From the NCBI GenBank assembly GCA_012295275.1, contig CM022670.1, forward strand, positions 34,410,001 through 34,474,000: 64,000 nucleotides of DNA. Direction: 5' to 3'. The position numbers and the translations under genes are program-made. Numbering within the stretch: the stretch's first letter is position 1; each line of letters starts with the position of its first letter. This stretch comes from Chrysomallon squamiferum (Eukaryota > Animalia > Mollusca). The notes below the pieces were generated by a model. It was given only the letters and a program-made list of their open reading frames with translations. It had not been told where the DNA came from and searched no databases. This document shows, in pieces, positions 33,197-63,512 of the stretch.

Positions 33197-35624
33197 AAAA
33201 CGGAAGAAAATAATAAGTAAAACAACAAATTCATGTAAGTTCTAACGCTATAAAGATTGCAAATATTTATCAACTTCGGTTCTCTAATAAATGGTGATCA
33301 CCATTAAGAGAGAATTAAGCCAGATGTTTGAAATATATATAAAATTGTTTTTGTTTGTTGGTTGTTTTTTGTTGGGGGGGGGTTTTTTGTGTTTTTTTTT
33401 TTCTTGTTTTTTTTCTACTTATAAAACTGATTTATATTTTTCGCAAAAATTTCCGTTAAAATATGATTTTTAATAATCAGAACGTAACCATAGCGATCTG
33501 ACACGCACTATTCACAGACTATGCATGTAAACACAGCGATCTCACAACTTCAGGTCTCACTCTGTTCACTTACACTGTAACTATAGAAAGCGTTGTTATG
33601 TTCTATTATATTAGATTCAAAATGAAGTTGTCGAGGATTTCAAAGTTGATGATTTCAAGCTATAGTTTTCAAATTTCAGTCTTCTTTGGGGATTAAATGG
33701 CAACAGATAACTTTATTGTAAATATTTTTTAAGTTGTAACGCAGACTTTTTCTGAACCCAAAACTGCTAACTTTTTCCAAATGCTAAAGATGACATGCGC
33801 ACACGCACAACAGACAGAACCAACGCCAAATTGTTTTAAACTCTAAGCAAGACTAGCTACTTGCATTCCCCCAAACAAATGACTAACTTCGATTCTTAAT
33901 ATGTTTTGTAAGAAGAACAAGAAAAAAGACAGATACTCAAAGTTCTAAATTTATTTTTAGTTGTAAGAAAATAGATACCAAAAGACAGCAAGTACACCAG
34001 TATTAAAGGCAGAGAATCAGTTAATACGACAGTGGCTGGGTTAACCCAAGTGAGCTTTAAATTAAAAATATGAAACACCACATGTGGTTTGCAGTGCAAA
34101 ATAAAGAAAATAACTAAACACATACATACATACATATATACATACATACACATACACACACACATACACATACACATACATACATACATACACACACACA
34201 TATACACACACACACACATACACACACACATACATACACACACATACATATATACGTACACACACACATACATACATATATACATACATACATACAAACA
34301 AATATACACACAAACATAAACAAGCACAGACATAGACACTAAGCATATCAAGAAACAGCATATCAAACTGACATAAACACGAATTTCAACAGACAATGCT
34401 GCTTGCTAACCCGCACGGCAATCGTTTTCACATTTATAAAATGTGTCCGTTTTAATACATATTTGAAACGGATACGGCAAAATATTTATCTCTGAAGGAT
34501 GCTGCTGCGGGTTAAGTCTTTGAAGTGGACAAGGTATGCTACACTGATGCGTTTCAGTGGAATCGAAAAGGTTGAGTAAATATACGACCGGGCGTTTGTC
34601 GAAGAGGAACAATATGGCAGATATTAGCGAGTCCGAATGTCTCGGGTAATTCGCTCGAACGAGTGTTTGTCAAACGCTGGTATCGAAGCGAGAAGCGCGT
34701 TGGTTGTGGTTTCCTATCGGAGACCATAACGTGAAAAATAAATAATGAAAACAGCATGCCCGAAACGAGATGTTAATGCGATTTTAATAACTTGTTTGCT
34801 TTAATAAATCTGATTTATTCTCGACATTCTCACTCGCACATTTTGGCACGAAATTAAAGTTTTGCCTACAGCTTTGTGGAATGGCAAAGGGTTTTCTTTT
34901 AGTGTGTAATAAATCACAACTATGCCAGGGTTATTTTTTTTATATATTTGTTTCTGTTGTTGTTGTTGTTGTTGTTGTTGTTTACGTTTTAGCCATGTAG
35001 GTTTATTAAGTTCAAAAATGTTGTATGAAAGAAACACTATAACAAAACATAAAACGAGTTTAAAAATTAATTAATTAATTAATTAATATATTGAAAATAC
35101 CGAATACGGTAAATATCTAAGAAAAGCTTAAATATTGATATAAATAAAAGTTTTAAACAAATCACGTAAATTCTCTAAAATTCTCAAAACTGTGGTGCGC
35201 ATTTCCCTGGGAGTAAATTTTTGTAATGGCGGATCCAAAACGTAAATAGTAATATTTTTACAGAAGGCCACTTACACAGTGATCTTGGCTCGACCCTCAA
35301 AAATTTTTGTAACAAAATGTTGTTGTTGTTATTATTATTATTATTATTTTAATTTATAATTTTTTTATCATATTTTATCCAGTTAAGCACTATGCAGTTT
35401 GGCTCACGCATTTATTGGAAATGAGTATGCATCAACAAATATTTGTTCGAAGGAGCACATTTAGAAAACATACACGCACAAACTCAATACACACGGACAT
35501 ATGCAGTTCATCTACCCATCCATCCATCCATCCATATATACATAAATATCCAAATACAGGACTCACCTTTTCAAAACCACGGAATTATTAGGAACAAAAC
35601 GTTTCCATCCGCGGCTAACTATTA

Positions 35625-35632
35625 TGACGTCA
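35625..35632. promoter_or_regulatory. Perfect CRE (TGACGTCA) inside the 16-bp palindrome ATTATGACGTCATAAT
   Basis: Motif match only. Other perfect CREs at 29579-29586, 51373-51380 and 53153-53160. Confidence 0.4.
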
Positions 35633-36282
35633 TAATTTTTTAATACATGCAGCATAGCAACTCCGTATGTACACATAGATAGAAATTTAAGTTGGTGATA
35701 ATTAGATTAATTCAGAATTCCTCTTTCTGGGAATATGAGGTATGTATTAGCATCTGTTTTCTAATCTTTTAAAGAACAGCAAATCTAGATTAAATATATA
35801 GCTATATATTGTTTCCACTGTTTCAAGTTGTCATGCGTAATATTTTATATTTTCTGTTAAAAAAGTTTGATAATATAAGACCTCTGAATTTTTATATACT
35901 GAACAGTTTTATTTTTAAGCAAAAACGATCAAATTTCTTTTCAGTAAACTCAGATCTTACTCACTGTGACATCTTTAGACTGCAGTAAAAAAAAAAAAAT
36001 AATAATAAATTACATATTTTAAGCATTTAGACTGGCTTTCATCTAGAATTTGGTTTGTCTGTTGTTTTTTAGTGTAAACCTCCAGAACATAGATAGGTTT
36101 GCTAATTATTTCATATTTAAAGACAGAACATAATTATGTAAAATGTATTATTATTGAAAAAGATGCTATTAAGACAATTGGGATAATAAGTAATTTATTC
36201 GTAATTTCAGTTATTTATATAATTCATTAAAGTGAAATAGACCTGATTAATGAAATGGTGCTATTTATCATCATCATCATCA

Positions 36283-36340
<58 letters not shown>

Positions 36341-36993
36341 CGTTGTTGTTGCATTGTTTACTGTTTTCCTTACAATTTGGTTTTGCTTTTGTAGCTGTTT
36401 TGTTTTAGAGATGTTTTTCCTTATTATCTTACTTCATTTTCTTATATTTCCAAAAACAATTGTTCCTTTATGTGCTAAAAAAAAAAAAATGAAAACAGAA
36501 GATTGAAAGAAAAAGCAACAAATGCCGAATGTCAATATAATTTAATGGACAAAATATTTTTCACAATATCACAGATCTGGATCATGTAAAAATTAAATTA
36601 TTCTTTAAATATTAATGCTATCTAAGTATTAATACTTCATTAGTGAGCTTATTTATAAACAAAACTAAATCACAAAACAGCAGAATGTTTATCTTAAGCG
36701 AAAACAATAATAAATTTATATACAACAATTAACGTACAAAATCGTAACAATATTATCTTGCAGATACAAAACGGATTAAATCTTTTGAAAAAATAAACAA
36801 AAATTTACGAGTGATGTAGAACATGACAGCAGTTTTGAAAAAAACAAGAAACAAACAAACATATACACACTTTGTGACTAGTATTCACTTAGGGCTGAAT
36901 AATAAAAACAAAGTATTGATCAGTATTGACCTTAAAAAGGCACCGAAACAAAATACTGGCCGGTTTCCTCTTCTTTCTTTTTTTCTTTTTTTT

Positions 36994-46224
<9,231 letters not shown>

Positions 46225-46539
46225 TTCCCTGTTCAGTCCCATGTCAGTCGCTGTGATATAACATGCTGTTTTCTAACACCCTGGTCTTAGGTTTCGCTTC
46301 GACGGCCAGAGTAATAGCTATTTCCTATTATCGTTTACAACTCGTCGTCCTGAGTTGATTCGATAGGTTTAAACGAAGATATTTATCTAATTAATCAGTC
46401 TGGGTTTTAAGAGAAAATGTGTGAGGGACGAATGTAGTAAAAGGGACGAAAGAAAAGAGTTATTATTAATTTTAATTGTATGATTTTTTAAAGATTATAA
46501 TTGGAATCTTATTGAACTTCAGAATAATAAATTTACACC

Positions 46540-46589
<50 letters not shown>

Positions 46590-46872
46590 GTGTTGCTGTT
46601 GTTGTTGTTATTTATTATGGATCAAAATAATAAATTTAATTTATACCTAGATGAAAAATTATTATTATTATTATTATTATTATTATTTGAATATTTTAAA
46701 TTAATACCTGAAAATAAATCCACTGGTAAACTTTAATTGTTGCGCATTATTTATCGAAAATAAGCTTTTAGTGAATAAAATATAAATTAACTCTATATTT
46801 AGATAACAAAATAACAATAACAATAATAATAATAGAAACAACAACAACAACTATAATGATAATAATAATAAC

Positions 46873-46948
<76 letters not shown>

Positions 46949-47204
46949 ACCAGCAGATATACAATATATACTTGCGTTATTAATTACTAGACTAATTTGG
47001 TACTTGAACATTAAAGTCATAAACACACACACACACACACACAAATATGTATGTGTATATATGTGTGTGTGTGTGTGTGTGTATGTCTGTGTGTGCGTGC
47101 GTGTGAGTGTGTGTATAAATTGCCATGAGATCACTTGACTGCATAACTTCATATCGATAATTAGCCGTCTAGTTAGTATCATTAGTCGACAGCGAAAGCT
47201 TAAT

Positions 47205-47290
47205 ACTGATTGGCCGATCAATGATCTTCGCGTTTGCAGTGGTTTGTGGACCGTTGTCAGAGGACGCCGAGGTTGGTTGCTAAGGGAAGA
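47205..47290 (-). promoter_or_regulatory. Candidate TEX26 promoter elements: CCAAT box and imperfect RFX X-box
   Basis: ctgattggcc near 47206-47215 and GTTGCTAAGGGAAG at 47276-47289, in a CpG-rich island about 1 kb upstream of the TEX26 ATG. Confidence 0.3.
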
Positions 47291-47554
47291 TACCTTGGTG
47301 AACTGTATCGACTGAACGTGAGTGAGAGAAAGCTGTCCTGCGTGTTAGTGACAGGATAGCTGTTTTCTATGAGTGCTGTCAACAACAGTGACTCGGAGGT
47401 CCTTTTACACACACACACACACAGTGATATTATTACAATGAACGACATGGAGCGTTTAGAAGTTCAGTTATCACGGCTCCAGGTGTTAAAACGTCGATGG
47501 CGTGCGACCAAATGAATGCACATAAAACCCATACACAAAATAACTACATACAAG

Positions 47555-47593
47555 CATACACACACGTACACACACACACACACATATATACAC

Positions 47594-47626
<33 letters not shown>

Positions 47627-48195
47627 AACACATACACACATTCATACATACATAAATATATATAAAGATTATACATATATCTATCCGAACACATACATAC
47701 AGACAAATATATACATCCACGCATGCATACATATAAACGCACACATACATACACATACACAAACACATATGTATGTGTATATATATATATATATATATAA
47801 ATAACCTACATACACACACATACATACAGACAAATATATACATCCACGCATGCATACATATAAATACACACATACATACACATACACACATACATATGTA
47901 TGTATATATATATATATATATATATATAACCTACATACACACACATACATACGTACATATATATAAATAACCTATATACAATTCACACACATACATCCAC
48001 ACATATATACATACATTTACAGCCTACAAACATACACGTGCGTACATTATAAAATAATAACACAATTTGTATGTACGTATATATTTTAGGATTTGAATAT
48101 TATTATATTTATGTTTGTATGTATGTATGTATGTATGTATGTATGTGTGTGTGTGTATGTATGTATGTATGTATGTATGTATGTATGTATGTATG

Positions 48196-48227
<32 letters not shown>

Positions 48228-48305
48228 TGTATGTATGTATGTATGTATGTATTGTATGTATTTATGTATGTATATATATGTACATATACATGTACGTATG
48301 TATGT
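47555..48305. repeat. Compound CA/TA/CATA microsatellite block (with a duplicated ~125-bp unit) followed by (TATG)n
   Basis: cacatacatacagacaaatatatacatccacgcatgcatacatataaa near 47690 and 47817; (tatg)n at 48118-48305. Confidence 0.9.
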
Positions 48306-48772
48306 AAGTTTTACGTCAATGTATGCCTATCATGTAGCCTAAATACTTTCGGAGATACGATTGTGTGTAACAACACACGTTAGTAAACCGAAATCCGAGA
48401 TAGCGTTCACTGTGGCGATAAATCAACAGAATAAATTTGTATGCCGCACCACACAATGAAATAAATAATGAGCTTCTTTTTACATTAGCCAATCTATGAA
48501 GCAGCAGGCTAGTCATTTTAAATAATATAAAGAAATTATTAAGGAACCACGGCAGTCATTTGTTAAGATTTACTGGCGATATATATATATTTATTTATTT
48601 ATTTATTTTTAGTGTGTTCATAAAGATTTATAAGTGTATACTAAACGCTTGAGACCAAGCATCTGATTTTCGTTTTATCAAGTTTATTTGACACTGGAAT
48701 GCATTTAAAGTATGTGAATTTATATTTCTGTATGGTTATATAGTAATGTTTCAAAAGAAGGAGGAGGGAAAG

Positions 48773-48870
<98 letters not shown>

Positions 48871-49446
48871 AATAATAATACAATAAGACAGATGATCAAT
48901 GTCACTGATAATATTTTCTTCATAATTTATTTATTTGTTTGTTTGTTTGTTTCCTTATTTCTTTTGTTCTGTTTTGATTTTGATTTTTGTTATTTCATGA
49001 CATCGCTAATGGTAATCTTCACAAAAACAGGGACAGAAAAAAATGAAAATAAAAGAAAATGAAAAAAAAAAAAAACATTTTTAGTCAACAATTATTTTTT
49101 TTTTTTTTTTAATAAATAAATAACAAATATGCTGTATGTAAAATCCCAGTAACACCGATTTAAATTTTGGGGTTTTAAATTTTACAAATTGTTACAAATG
49201 AATTAAACTCAGGCCTCTTGAATAAAACGTTACATGTTCACCAATACGAAATTACATATTAACGTAACAAACGCTAGAAAATAAAATGTATTAAGCTTAA
49301 AACTTTATAGTGGTGCATGCTGCACATGAAGTACTCTTGTTGCTTTTATAAAAATGTTAACATGGCACAAACCAGCATACTGGTCAAATAAACCAGTTCA
49401 AACAGAAAGAGTCATGGACAAGTCATTGTGTATTTTATGTTCTGTT

Positions 49447-49517
<71 letters not shown>

Positions 49518-50060
49518 AGGTATGTATGTATGTATCACTCTATGAAAAACAGCATAGCCAGACTAAAAAGCATGAGTAAATGTATACGTGACAGTCAAAA
49601 TGTAATAACTGATAAGAAAACTCTGAGGCTTAGATAAGTAAGAAAAATATATAAATATTATATAAACATGCAGTCTATATGTGAAAAGGTTTTAAAACTG
49701 ACTTCAGAGTCGTCAGAAGCAGTGCTCTATTCCCATCGTTTGTCAAATGATTTGTTTTTTCTTTATAACGTGTCTGATATTAAAAGTTTCTCTAAAATTC
49801 GCTCCAAACACATGAAACTTCACTGATTATTACTATTGTTTCAGCGTTTCGTAAATGGTCTGATGAAGAGGAAGAAGAAAATAATAAAGGCAGTGTAATA
49901 GACTGGAAGAAGACTATATATCAGAACATGCGAGCGAATTAAATTAATTAATTAATTTTATTTATTTATTTATTTATTTACATGTGTTTATGTATGTATG
50001 CTTGTATGTGTATGTATGTAAGCATGAATGTACCACTCTCTCTTTTTTTCTGTCTCTCTC

Positions 50061-50107
<47 letters not shown>

Positions 50108-50654
50108 TATACATATATAAATATTTAATAAACTCGCCACCAACATACCTGTTCCAGATGACATTTCATTCGTACGCTTGTCATCTCTGCCACAGTAAAT
50201 AAAGAAATACAGTTATCTCGTTCACAAACGCTACAACGACTCCAGACAAAACGTTTCCACGCAGCTTTTTCAGTATCAGCCAGCTGCAAGGTTTTGCTGT
50301 TTTGTTTAACCCAAAATTGTGCCTCGGCAACAACACGTTGTTTTTGCAGTTGCACTGAAGTTTCTCATTGGTGCTTTTGATGGGGGGCTTTATCCGTTTC
50401 ATTTTTTCGTTTCGTTTTTTTGTCGTCCGTCAACCGTGGACTGGCCTAGATTATCTGTTAATTACGTGTACGTATGATTAATCTTAACTCCTGATTTGAA
50501 TTAACAGCCCTGGCAACCTGATAGAGTAAAGAATATAGGCATGCACGAGCGTTAAGACTGGAATTGAGTCGTTACTTTTCTTTTTTGGTTTGTTTTGTTT
50601 TTGTTTGCGATAACCTCATTTATTTTTAATTTCATATTGTTATTGTTATTATTA

Positions 50655-50701
<47 letters not shown>

Positions 50702-50823
50702 GTTAGTGCTACTACTACTACTATTACAAGTACCACTGCTATTGCTCTTACTACTATTAATACTACAAATACCACACCACAACCACAAATATCTGTTTCT
50801 TTAAAAATGTTAATATGGTACAG

Positions 50824-50885
<62 letters not shown>

Positions 50886-51107
50886 TCATTGTAGTTACAC
50901 TATGATGTAAAATCTGTGCTTCTTAGTTATATTGATTTAAAATAAATAAATAAATAAATAAATTAAAATTCTATCCTACAAACAGAGCTTTAAAAACAGT
51001 CCAAATCATTATCCAACTCGGTTGCATAATCACATAACAATTTAATAACACTAATTTATTTATTTATTTATTTATTTATTATGACTACTACTGCCACTAC
51101 TACTACA

Positions 51108-51154
<47 letters not shown>

Positions 51155-51566
51155 TTTTAGCGCTAGCAGTTCTGCGAAAAGGTACCTCGTGATGTAACAT
51201 TATGCATTCATGTTCTGCTTGACAAGAAATAGTGTCCGTTTAGACTTAAATATCACTTACCGGATATACCTAATGAACTTTCTAAGGAGTAGACCATAAT
51301 CTGTCATTCGATCTTTATTACCCACTCCTTTCATAGCGCTACAATACCATGTTTTATTTCACTACGGCTTTATGACGTCATACAGCAGAAATCATGAACG
51401 TTTTGGCGTTTCTGCAAGCTGCTAATAATAAATAATATTTATTAAAATATGAGTACAGTTACGTCGGATGGTCCTCGATAATTTCGGGTTAATATCATAG
51501 ACAGACACACAGATAATTATTAAAGTTAAGATAAGGATAAGGTCATTATAAACTTTAAAAATTAGA

Positions 51567-51654
<88 letters not shown>

Positions 51655-52776
51655 TTTAGAGAGCAGTTTTAAAATATCGAAATCAATATGATATGAATGT
51701 ATACATTTTATTTTAATAAAACAAAATCATGATACCCCGAATATTTATCCTCAAACAGTAAAGTAATAGCAAGAAATCAATTTCTCGATATAAAGAACTA
51801 TTGATTAGTATTATATTTCAAATGAAAACCTATAACGTATACATAGTAATAAATTATAACAGGCATAAAAAATCCATAATATCACAAAGCCCATTTCTAC
51901 TTAACCAGCTCTTCGATTTTTAAAATTTGTTTATTTATTTAGTGTGTGTGTGCGCGTGTGTTTGTGTGTGCTTTTGTGTGTTTAAAGCGGGTTTTGTTTT
52001 ACAGTTTTTTAACGAGCGTAATAATGGTCGTTGAATACTTTTACCTTGACATATATATACCTTCATATATATATATATAAATTAAGATGAAAGGTAGAGT
52101 TCATGATGAAAAACGAATTAAGAAGTACAGTTGTCTTAATTTTTGCATTAATTAGAATCATTATTTTCGGTAAAACTCCACTCAATTAAGCTTAAAATCA
52201 GAGCTTCATTTAATACACTGGTGTTTACATTTTGAGATCTCAGAATTAATATAGTAAGTTGTTAAACCTATGCAGTCCGTCATTATTTTGTTAAAATTAT
52301 AAAACATTAAACAAACGAATAAATAAATAACAGGCTTTACTTGTTCTCACTAGACTAAATAAATAAATAAATAAATAAATACTAGCATTAATTTTCTTCA
52401 GTTACAATGTAGGTTGTTCTGACAGATTAACAACATCAGCGAGCTTTTAAATTTTATCAACAGTCGGCGTGTAAAGTGTTATTGTATAGCATAGATCTAA
52501 ACATTAAACTACCGATTCATTATATCAATAAAATACATTTAGCAAAACTGACAACTTTAAGTGTAGACAAACATACGTTTTCCAAAATCATAGACTGGTC
52601 GAGTGTTAATGATACACAGGAGAAGATTACCAGATATATGGCGCCAATATAGAAAGAAATTGGAAAATTCCGAACTGTCATAACTTTAAGGTTGATTTAT
52701 ATAAACATAACAATTATATACGACTTTTGTTTGAAAAGATGAAATATTGTATATATACACACACAGACATAATAAT

Positions 52777-52812
<36 letters not shown>

Positions 52813-54218
52813 GTGTGTGTTTATAATGTGAAAACAAGATGTGTCTCTCAGTACGTACTTGGGTAATATTATTTTTATACCCTGCATTTCAGTTCGGTAA
52901 AACCCAATGTTAAGCGAAAATTCAAACTACAATAACACATTTTCACCGCGGAATTTCGTATCATAACATTGATTCTTTACTCTTGATATTTTGGCAAAAT
53001 AAAACAGGATACAGGAATAACAGTGAACGGATATTTCTACTTATAAACAGTAAACATCTTACCTTTGTTCACGAACAAATACGAAATGAAAACTAACAAT
53101 GTTTTTAGCATCTAGTATTAGCATACTTCTGGTAATGAAGATGCTTATTAAATGACGTCATAATAGAGAATCGTCACACTGCTGTGATCGTTCATTGTGG
53201 GACAAGTGGAAGTCTGTTATGTTGTCATGACAGTCTTTGAAAGGATTCCATGGATAAATAAACAAAACTAATGATTTTTATATTTTTCTTTTTTCAATAA
53301 TTGATAATGCGACGATTGACTTCTAAAGGGCAAACAACGGTAAATATTTTGAATAAGTCATTTTTTTTTTTTTTTTAATTTCCAATTAGCCGTTAAAGTG
53401 TCTATATATACAATATAACTTACATAAACATTTATAATATACATATATAAACAAGAACAAAAAACACACACACACACAAACACACACACACATAAATACA
53501 TATATTCATTCAACTTATGAAACATTTCAAGTAAATATTATTCCTACCTTTATGTTTACGTTTCACGTTCAAAAATAATTTGTCCTTATTCAAACAATTA
53601 ATCCTCTTAAGGTGAAATTTATTCTAAATTAGTTTATTTACTGGATTCCGTGGATTAGTTTCAGGTGAGAGTTATTGATACAATCACGTCTAAAACATTT
53701 TCGTATAAATTGAGAGAATAATATTTTTTTTATAGCCTAGCTGTGGGTAAATCCTACGTTAGGACTGGCTGCATATTGGACCCATCAAAAATCAATATTA
53801 AAGAATAGGGCAAACAGGAACTATGCCACTCATTTCCATGCAGAACTTGTCAATATTTGGCTAAGTAAGCCGACCATTAAGTTGTTAATAGAGGATTTCA
53901 GTTAGGTAGAGTACTCGTCCAGCTAAAAGTCATATCGCTTATAACAACAAAACTGAAGCTGAAATAATAATAATATTCAACTAATTTCTATGTTTATATA
54001 TAGTCTTATAATTAATAACAAAAAATTCACTTTTTCTTAGCAGAATTTAGAATGGCTTTAATTAAGATACTTTTAATTACATGTGTTGTATACTATTTAA
54101 TGGTTATTTCATTTATTTTCATCAGTTGATGAACTTTTGAAAAACGGGAAGAGGCAACACATTCAGAATGTAAATAATTATGGCCATTATGTGGTTGTTG
54201 CTATTTTATTCATTATTA

Positions 54219-54254
<36 letters not shown>

Positions 54255-55496
54255 TTCTTGGTCTTTATTGTTGCTTTTTAAATTAATGAATATTATAAGT
54301 ATTAAATTTTATAATCACTTTTCTTACTATCATCAAATTTGAACCTTTGTTGGCGTGTTTTATTGTATAATTATCAGCCTCGAGTCAAAACCTTGCATAA
54401 CAAAACCATACACTTCACTGCGCTAATATCTCCTTCTGACCAGTCGATTTTTATGTCTTGGCTGACAAGGTAAATCACCAAAATTCAAATCACATACGCA
54501 CAGCAGCAGACACATAATAAGCTGTCCCAGTCACTTTCATTCCATCAATTATTTGTAACTATTTCAGTTTGTGTTTTATCACAACAATGATTTGTTAGCA
54601 CATTTTTATGGATTACATGAGTGGGCACGTATTTCTTCAGGTGGTATCCATAATGCATAAAATACGTGTATGTTTAAAATATCAGTGGTTAACTAATCAA
54701 AATAGAATCTAGTTTTAAAAGTTTAGGTTGCGTATCTCTGTTCCGCGTGATCGGACTAACTTAACCGATTGGCGGAATTCTTATTTTTTATAAACCATTT
54801 ACCTTTTTGTTCATTAATCTCATTAATCCGTGTATCGAATAATACTGATCGTTCTTGTCATTATTAATTCAAAGTAACTGTTGCTTTGGTACAGTGAGTT
54901 TCCTTATTAAATATAACAGTATTTTATGCTAAAATTTTTAATTTTTGGCGAAAAATAAATATTGGGTTTCCGAAGTAAATATTGCAGTACTGTCATTGAA
55001 AAAAAAAAAACACCTGCCAACAATACAATTACGAATTTTTTAAACGTGAAAAAGGTTTAATATTTATTATATTTTCAATAACAAAATTATTAATATGTAG
55101 TTTATAGGGTATTTTTATTTATTTATATATTTATTGTTATTATTATTATTATTATTTTAACATAACATTAATAATAATAATAAACATGTAACTATTAAAT
55201 ATCTAGTCTGTAAGATCTAATCAGATTCACCTTTTACACTATATGTTGAACCTGTGTCAGAATTAAACTGCACTGCACTATGAGTTGTTTTTAATATGTA
55301 TATAGTCATTATACACATGGATTAATAACAATAAACTATTTAACACTGGTGTTCCAGTTAAGTTTAATATCAGATTTATCAGTGTCTTAATAGTGTTATT
55401 ATGTGCAGAAGGATCTGGGATTTTTTTTATTTCTAATTAGTTGAATATTATTTCTTTTCTTTCTTTTTTTTTAATTTTTTGTTGTTAAGAAAGCAA

Positions 55497-55536
<40 letters not shown>

Positions 55537-56400
55537 TAAATAAAAAAAAAAAAAAAAAAAATAAATAAATAAAAACCAACAAATGCTAGGACTTATTTTT
55601 GGAGGAAATTTTAATTACATACTATTTTAAAATTATATACTATTATTTCTTCCTAACTATCTACTTCTGCTACTCTTTCAATTTATTCATTTATATAGTT
55701 TATTATTATTTATTTATATTATTATTTATATATTATTATTATTATTATTATTATTATTTACATGCATATTATTAGTTATTAAATTAATTAGTTTAAATGT
55801 AACTATTTCTTTTATTCAATATTATTTTAATGGGTTTTTCTCTAGAACTAAATATCTGTTAATAAATAATAACCTATACTCTGTTAAATACAATAAGTAT
55901 GCTTAAGTCAAACAGTTTCAATGAAATGGCTTGAATCTATAATATAGCAATTAAAATGGCACGAATCTATAATATAGAAATAAAACTCAGCTTGGATCTG
56001 CACACAACAATTAAAACAGACTTGGGTCTGCAACAATGAATATGAGAAACCCTATTTATTACTGATGATATTAATTAATGATAACGATAATATCACTAAG
56101 ATCAAAAATGAGAAGCGCAAGGATAACAAAACAAGTTGAAGAGCTGAAAAAAATATATTTAAATGCATAAACCTGAATAACCAACAGAGAGCATTAGATA
56201 TTACAAAACTATAACATAAGAATACAAATCTGATATCTTTCAAAGCTGTGATTTCTCTATGACATACAGTGTAAACAAAACAAACTAAATAAAATACATG
56301 TTTAATATTATTTATGCAATTTTCAGTAAATGTTATACAACAAATTTATACACTGGAATGTTAAAAAGACTGCAGAAATAATAAATTATCACCAATAGTG

Positions 56401-56892
56401 GTATGTAAGTTACAAGAAATTCATAAACTAAAAACTGATTTGTTGATATGCAAGATATCTGGCTATTTAATATGTAATATGATGATGAAAAAAAAGTTAA
56501 ATTATTTGTAAAGAAGATTCTTCATATATAGCTGGTATATAGTTAATATGTAACAGGATGATGAATAAATATTAAATTTGTAAAGAAGACAATTCATATA
56601 TACCTGGTATATATATATATGAGTGGTTTGTATGTTTCAGATATGCATTCTGGCTTTTTAGGATTGATCTCTTTTCATTAAAAAAAGGTTTTGATGTATG
56701 TAAGTTACAGGAAATTCTTAAAATACAAACTGATTTTTGATATGTAAGAAATGGAAGATATGTGGCTATTTAATATGTAACATGATGATTAAAAATATTA
56801 AATTACTTGTAAAGAAGACTGTTCCTATGTGCCTGGTATATACTTGTGTGGTGTGGTTTTGTTGTTGTTTGTAAGTTTCAGATATGCATTCT
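56401..56892. repeat. Diverged tandem duplication (about 295-bp period) with internal ~65-bp sub-repeat
   Basis: gtatgtaagttaca(a/g)gaaattc...ggctatttaatatgtaa...tgtaaagaaga...ctggtata...gtttcagatatgcattct starts at 56401 and again at 56696. Confidence 0.85.
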
Positions 56893-57638
56893 AGTAAAAG
56901 ATAAAAAGTAAACAATGTATACAAAAATACAACCTTCTCATTCACTCTGACATAACAAGTTCTGATACTTTAATCATAATTATGTTTTAAATGAGTCAAA
57001 CATTTAACTACGTTCTTAATTTTATAATTGACTTTGATAAATGAAAAAATTTAAAAAAAAGAAATGATGTTCATGTAAAATTATGTGCAATGTGGTGACA
57101 GTAACAAAATAATAAAAATATGTTTCACAATAAAAGAATATTAATAAAGCTCAATAATGGCAAAGGAAAAAAAAAGAATTGAAATATTTAAATTCATTTG
57201 AGTTAAATTTGTAATTTTTATAATCATATTTTACTAAAAAAATAAAAAAAAAAAAAAAAAAAATAATAATATAACAAAACAATTGTCTATTTATTAAACA
57301 AATTAATGATGTGTATATAAAACTTTGGTTCCCAACATTAAGAATTAAACTAGTTTGACATGGACTTTGTGTATATAAAATAAATTAAAAAAAAAAAAGA
57401 GATAATAAAATAAATAAAAACACAATGTATCTGATTCATCTGTCACATAATTTGTTTAACTTACTGTGAGATCATTTCTGTGTTGGTATTAAACTAAAGC
57501 AGTGAAACAATTCTAAACAATTCTGCTTAACAATTATATTCTAAGTAGAAAAAAGTAACATAACAGCAGTACTGATTAACATAAAAGCTGAACATCTATT
57601 TTAATACTGTCTTATAATGAGTAAAATTAATGTAAGTT

Positions 57639-63512
<5,874 letters not shown>

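Noticed and set aside
34406-34757. Minus-strand frame interrupted by a single TGA (selenoprotein or readthrough idea)
   Set aside because: The peptide resembles no selenoprotein family I know and I found no SECIS-like element. It is kept only as a possible non-coding exon.
50125-50402. 73-76-aa minus-strand ORFs in a CpG-rich island
   Set aside because: No recognisable homology or exon chain, so not reported as CDS.
53860-53930. tRNA-like A-box fragment (tcagttaggtagagtactcg)
   Set aside because: No B-box or cloverleaf can be formed. At most it is a SINE head remnant.
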